Below, one piece after another: positions 59,352 through 64,000 of a stretch of DNA of 64,000 bases. The DNA lies in the NCBI GenBank assembly GCA_963790305.1, contig CAWBOC010000006.1:128001-192000 (forward strand). The letters run 5' to 3'. This DNA is from an uncultured Gemmatimonadaceae bacterium. GTDB taxonomy: Bacteria > Gemmatimonadota > Gemmatimonadetes > Gemmatimonadales > Gemmatimonadaceae. Every line of letters starts with the position of its first letter. Position 1 is the first letter of the stretch. A program made the translations under genes and the position numbers. The notes beneath the pieces are model-generated. The model had not been told where the DNA came from. It ran no database searches and saw nothing but the letters and a program-made list of their open reading frames with translations.

Positions 59352-61791
59352 GGCGTCGGCGCTCCATCACTATCCCACCAACGATGAGGACCGCTGTGAG
59401 AATCAAGGCTACGGTAGTAATCAGCTTCCCGCGCGCGTAGACAGGGTCGTCGTAGAACAGTTGAACTCGGCGCGCGCCCGCGGGGAGCGGCACGCCGATC
59501 AAGCTATAGTCCGCTCGGGCGACTGGGCCTACCCGCCCATCGATCAGCGCGTACCAGCCACGATACCAGTTCTCCGACACAACGAGCGCCGATCCCTCCG
59601 GGGCCGGCCCGTCTAGCTCGACGGAGATCTCGCGCGATGATGGGTATCTGACGCGTGCGCGCGTGGACAGAGGTTCTCGGAGAACGGAAATCTGCGTCCC
59701 CTGCACCACCGCCAATGAATCGAACAGACCTGCACGGCGGACATCGAACGACGGGTTCAACACCGTCGCGAGAATGTCGCCGGGCGCCGCCTCGGTAATG
59801 AGCGGAACGAGCCAGGCTGCGGGGTTTGTCTCGCCGAACTCGAAGAGCCAAACCTCATTCCCCGCTGCGCTGCGCACGGGCCCGACCCGCCGTGTGAGTC
59901 GAACTCCCGGCAATTGTGGGAGGTCCGGCGGCAGTTCCGCGTCCGTCAGCCAAAAGCGAGTGTTGGTCAGACGTCGAAACTCCGGCTTGAGAAGGTTCGG
60001 CGGGAGATAGTTGTAAGGTGACTTCCCGCCGACCAGCTCGACCCATCGCTGAAACTCCGTTCCGATGTGACCGGTAACGGCGCGAACGCGATGGGCCACC
60101 AAAGCGTCGCCATGCATGACGGGGTCAGGTCCTCCTCCGCCCGCGACCCCGAGAACCATCACTCTTCCTGGCTCGTCGAGTTTTTGAAGGTACTCGATTG
60201 TCGGATCGGTGGCATAGATGACGCTTGCCGGAGGCGAGAACCGGAAGTACCGGCGCTCTATCGACCAGAGGTCCGCCGCTGCGAGTGCCACGAGCACCGC
60301 GGCGGCGCTGGCAGCTGGGAGGCGTCTTGCGCCTAACAGCCACATCACCCCGATGGCTGCGGCGACAAAGAGAAACGACCGCAGCGCACCTCCGATGAGC
60401 GCACCGGTGTTCGGCTCGACGAGCGCATACTTCTCTGGCGGAGCCAACGACTGTGCGATCGACGTGAGCGCCCCTCCGCCCGCGAGGATGACCACCACCA
60501 CGCCGAACACGCCCCACCCGATGAGATAGGTGCGCTTCACGCCTTCCCGCAGCAGCCGCTCCAGCCCGATGGCCGCGAACACGGCGATGGCCAGCTGCGC
60601 GATATAGAAGATCATGGCAGGGGCGCGCACGACCTTCATCATCGGCAGCAAGTACCAAAGTCGGTAGAACGGCGTGTGCCCGCCTAACGCGACCAACGTG
60701 GCGATGAGACCGGCGATTCCCCAGAACCACAGCTCCTTGCGCCGCCAGACGGCTCCAAAGGCGAGGCCAGCCATCATCAGCACGATCGCTCCGACGTACT
60801 CGCTATGGAGCTTGAAGAAATTGCGCCCCCAATATGCCTCGAGGATCCCCGAGAACTGGGGAAGATAGAAGTTGAACATTTCCTCGGGAGGCATCGAGTA
60901 CGACGTCGCATACTCGTAGCCGCGGGCAGTTCCGCGCGCCCCGAAATCCAGATAGGCATAAAACGGGAAGAACTGCAGGGCAGCGATTCCTACCCCCAAC
61001 AGCGCGGCCGCACCGGCAATGGCAATGCGGCGCACTGCGATGGGTCGCGACACGAGTTCGTCGCTGCCGCGTAGCGCGGTCCAGATCGTGAACGGAATCG
61101 CGAATATGGCAAGGTAGTACACCATCTGATTGTGCGGCGTGAGAATCGCGAGCCCCGTCACGAGCGCGATCATCCCCCACGCCCACGCGCGGCCGTCGCG
61201 CACCGCACGCACGATCATCCACAACAGCAGTGGCGCCAGCGCGCTCACGTACATCTTGCCGTCGTGCCCGGGCGAGACGAGCGACGCGACCTGCCCGCTC
61301 ATCATGTACGCGACGCCCGCGAACAGCGCCGGCCAGAACGTGAATCCGAGCGCGCGTACGAAGCCGAAGGTGAATAGGCCGGCGAGGAACAGGTGCAGCA
61401 GGAATGACCACGTCATGCCGACGTCCACCGGCAGCAGCAGCCTCAGGATGAACGTTGGGTAGAAGACGTCGCCGGCACCGCCCGCAGCGACGTAGGGGAT
61501 GCCGCCCAGGATGTAGGGATTCCATTGTGCGAACTCGCCGGTAGTGCGAAGCACGTCAGCCCCGAACTGCCGGTACGCGTAGCCAGTACTGAACTGATCG
61601 CTGCTGGAACTCACGAGAAACCGGCCGGCCAGCGCCTGGAATCCGAGCGCCAACGTGCAGAGCGCGTAGACGAGCGCCGCGCGCAGCACGGGCAGCGACG
61701 GCTCCGCGACGGGAGGCGCGGCATCATGTGGTGCGCGAGCGCGCGGCGACGAGCGCGTGGCGTCAGCGGATCGGGCGGTCGGAGCGGGCAT
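59344..61791 (-). CDS. YfhO-family polytopic membrane protein (GT-C-like)
   Basis: WNPY..GG.P, FYP, many TM helices, C-terminal LVVSENWYRGW. Confidence 0.82.
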   Translation of the reverse strand: MPAPTARSADATRSSPRARAPHDAAPPVAEPSLPVLRAALVYALCTLALGFQALAGRFLVSSSSDQFSTGYAYRQFGADVLRTTGEFAQWNPYILGGIPYVAAGGAGDVFYPTFILRLLLPVDVGMTWSFLLHLFLAGLFTFGFVRALGFTFWPALFAGVAYMMSGQVASLVSPGHDGKMYVSALAPLLLWMIVRAVRDGRAWAWGMIALVTGLAILTPHNQMVYYLAIFAIPFTIWTALRGSDELVSRPIAVRRIAIAGAAALLGVGIAALQFFPFYAYLDFGARGTARGYEYATSYSMPPEEMFNFYLPQFSGILEAYWGRNFFKLHSEYVGAIVLMMAGLAFGAVWRRKELWFWGIAGLIATLVALGGHTPFYRLWYLLPMMKVVRAPAMIFYIAQLAIAVFAAIGLERLLREGVKRTYLIGWGVFGVVVVILAGGGALTSIAQSLAPPEKYALVEPNTGALIGGALRSFLFVAAAIGVMWLLGARRLPAASAAAVLVALAAADLWSIERRYFRFSPPASVIYATDPTIEYLQKLDEPGRVMVLGVAGGGGPDPVMHGDALVAHRVRAVTGHIGTEFQRWVELVGGKSPYNYLPPNLLKPEFRRLTNTRFWLTDAELPPDLPQLPGVRLTRRVGPVRSAAGNEVWLFEFGETNPAAWLVPLITEAAPGDILATVLNPSFDVRRAGLFDSLAVVQGTQISVLREPLSTRARVRYPSSREISVELDGPAPEGSALVVSENWYRGWYALIDGRVGPVARADYSLIGVPLPAGARRVQLFYDDPVYARGKLITTVALILTAVLIVGGIVMERRRRA

Positions 61792-61809
61792 GGCGAGAAT
61801 CCAGGAGTG

Positions 61810-62751
61810 TCAGACCGCGCGCCGCGCCGGACGTCCCCGCGCCCGATACAAGCCGATGACGGACGCGGCCAGCAGAATCTCGAGCGCGATCATCCAGAGG
61901 CGCGCGCCGAGTGCGAGCGCCAGTGCGACGCGCCCATCGAGGACGGGGGTCAGCATTGCGACAAGGGCCGCTTCACGCACCGCGATGCCCGCTGGGGCGA
62001 AGACCGCGACGATCCCTGCAACGTAGCTTGCGACGAACGCTCCCCCCGCCACCGCGAGTCCGGGCGCCGAGTCTCCGATGACGGCCCGCGCGAATAACCA
62101 GAACGCGGCAGCATAGATGAGCCAGGGAATAACGAGCGCGGCCGTGTATCCCGCAAACGACCTCGATGACGGCCGCGGCCACGTGAACTCGCGCTTGACG
62201 AGTCGGCCGAGACCTCGGCCGATCGCTGGCATGACCAGCGGGATGGCGAATGCGACCGCCGCCAGAGCAAGGATCGCAATGATCGCCGTGACAACCGGAG
62301 GTAGTCCGCCGGCGATGGGCTGCACCCATCCCGGCGCCATCATCACTGCGACGACGACACCGGTTGCCAGTAGCACGAGCTGTTGCAGCAGCACCGCTCC
62401 GGTCGCGGCCAGAGGCGAAATGCCCTCGTCGGCCGCGAGTGCCGCGAGCCCCGCGAACTGCCACACTGCTCCGGGGATGAATCGCGCCAGATTCGAGAGT
62501 GACCAGATGCGAAGGGCGGACAGGAAGGACAGGCTCACGTTCCACCAGCGGAGGCTCGCGCTCCAGGTAAGCACCATGAGGGCGAAGGCGCCGAGCACGA
62601 GCGCCGACGCCGCGAGCAGCGCAGCCCAATCGACCGTTCCGTCCCACGCCGAGAAGGTGCCCGCGTGCTCCCTGGCGGTCTTCACCAGAAAGAGCACGGC
62701 ACCTCCAATGAGCACGATCTGCGCGCCGGCCCGCAGCCACCGAAGGGTCAC
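61810..62751 (-). CDS. UPF0104 / lysylphosphatidylglycerol-synthase-TM (flippase-like) membrane protein
   Basis: NLARFIPG.VW, PAGIAVRE, about 8 TM helices. Confidence 0.82.
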   Translation of the reverse strand: MTLRWLRAGAQIVLIGGAVLFLVKTAREHAGTFSAWDGTVDWAALLAASALVLGAFALMVLTWSASLRWWNVSLSFLSALRIWSLSNLARFIPGAVWQFAGLAALAADEGISPLAATGAVLLQQLVLLATGVVVAVMMAPGWVQPIAGGLPPVVTAIIAILALAAVAFAIPLVMPAIGRGLGRLVKREFTWPRPSSRSFAGYTAALVIPWLIYAAAFWLFARAVIGDSAPGLAVAGGAFVASYVAGIVAVFAPAGIAVREAALVAMLTPVLDGRVALALALGARLWMIALEILLAASVIGLYRARGRPARRAV

Positions 62752-62834
62752 GACGCAACCGGCTTCGCGCGGTGCGGTTGCATGGCGGCAAAGATACCAC
62801 TCGGGTGATGGGCGTGGAAGCGATATCTTCCCGC

Positions 62835-64000
62835 ATGCGCATTCTGCACGTGGTCACCGCGTTTCCCCGCCAGAAAGGCGATCCCATCGCGCCGTGGCTG
62901 GTGGAGCTCCTGCAGCGACTGCGCGCACGGGGACACGAGATCGAAGTGCTCGCGTCGTCGTATCGCGGGCTCGGGGATCAGGACCAGGATGGCATTCGGG
63001 TCCACCGGTTCCGGTATTTCCCCGCGCGCTGGGAGCGGCTCACGCATGAAGAGACCGCACCCGACCGCATGCGTCGATCGCCTCTGTATGCGATCATGCC
63101 GCTGTTCTTCCTCGTGGCGGGGATGCGACGCGCGTGGTCGCTCGGACGCCGGCATCACTACGACATCGTGCACGTCCATTGGCCGATGCCGATGGTGCTG
63201 CTGGGGTGGGCGGCACGCCGCGCTCGGCCGACGCCAATGGTGACGACGTTTTACGGCATCGAGCTGCGCTGGGTGCAGAGTCGCCTTCCCTTTCTCAAGT
63301 GGCTCGTGCGACGGGCAGCGCGCACCTCCTCGCAAGCCGTGGCCATCTCCTCGTACACGGCGCGCGAGCTGCGGAAGTTCGCGGACGTTCCGATCGAGGT
63401 AATCCCCTACACGGCCGAGTTTCCCACGCCGGCATCGGCAGTCACAGCGGGCACGACCGATCCATCCATTCTGTTCGTCGGGCGTCTCATCGAACGCAAG
63501 GGCGTGCATCACCTCATTCGCGCGTTAGGCACGGTGCGCGAGCGGACGCCGGCACACCTCGTCATCATTGGCGACGGCCCCGAGCGGGCCCGCCTCGAGA
63601 AACTGGCCCGCGAGGCAGGCGTCGCGGAGCACGTGGAGTTTCGCGGGCGTGTCAGTGATGAGGCGCTTCGCCAGGCCTATGCGACCGCCACGGTGTTTGT
63701 CCTGCCCTCGGTGCTCGACGCGCGCCAGGACACGGAAGGCCTCGGCGTCGTTCTGCTCGAGGCGATGAACTATTCCGTTCCTGTCGTCGCGAGCGAAATA
63801 GGTGGGATCACCGATATCGTCCAGCACGAGCGCACGGGGCTTCTCGTGCCGCCGGGTGACGAAACCGCGCTGGCCGCTGCGCTGACGCGCTTGCTGACCG
63901 ACCGCGCACTCTCGAACACCCTCGGCACCGCCGGGTTACGTGCACTCCGCGGATCGTTCAGCTGGGAACGAATCGTTGACCGGTGGGAAGCGGTCTATCG
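62835..64000 (+). CDS. Glycosyltransferase family 4 (runs off the window end)
   Basis: MRILHV..., ILFVGRLIERKG, EGLGVVLLEA, GGI.D; open frame from ATG 62835 to the end. Confidence 0.9.
   Translation, partial: MRILHVVTAFPRQKGDPIAPWLVELLQRLRARGHEIEVLASSYRGLGDQDQDGIRVHRFRYFPARWERLTHEETAPDRMRRSPLYAIMPLFFLVAGMRRAWSLGRRHHYDIVHVHWPMPMVLLGWAARRARPTPMVTTFYGIELRWVQSRLPFLKWLVRRAARTSSQAVAISSYTARELRKFADVPIEVIPYTAEFPTPASAVTAGTTDPSILFVGRLIERKGVHHLIRALGTVRERTPAHLVIIGDGPERARLEKLAREAGVAEHVEFRGRVSDEALRQAYATATVFVLPSVLDARQDTEGLGVVLLEAMNYSVPVVASEIGGITDIVQHERTGLLVPPGDETALAAALTRLLTDRALSNTLGTAGLRALRGSFSWERIVDRWEAVY

Overview
High-GC core-genome window from a diderm bacterium. The 16S sequence and gene content point to Gemmatimonadota (by-eye assignment, needs a classifier). 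From position 1 to 57709 every supported gene lies on the + strand. In order: an ALDH16-like dehydrogenase, a peptidase/beta-propeller/Omp85 fusion with lipoproteins, rfaE2-rph-rdgB, three tRNAs, a complete 16S-23S-5S operon, era, a GGDDF cyclase with a zinc-ribbon partner, prfB (programmed +1 frameshift), lysS, lolC/E-lolD, mcsA-mcsB-clpC, bamA-skp-lpxD-lpxC/fabZ-lpxA-(gnnA-like)-lpxB-(DUF374)-lpxK, gdhA, rlmH, bshC, murJ, uvrC, thrC, larC, der-plsY-gpsA, surE-pcm, apt and tRNA-Arg(CCT). A convincing XerC/XerD dif site sits at 57758-57785, exactly where gene orientation flips. GGGNAGGG (KOPS-like) octamers point towards it and two extra XerD-arm-like motifs lie about 1 kb upstream, so the window very likely spans the replication terminus. 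Beyond dif are dapF and a polyprenol-phosphate glycosylation cassette. Many essential genes carry clustered single-base indels that are most likely long-read consensus errors. No CRISPR array, IS element, integrase or prophage gene was seen.
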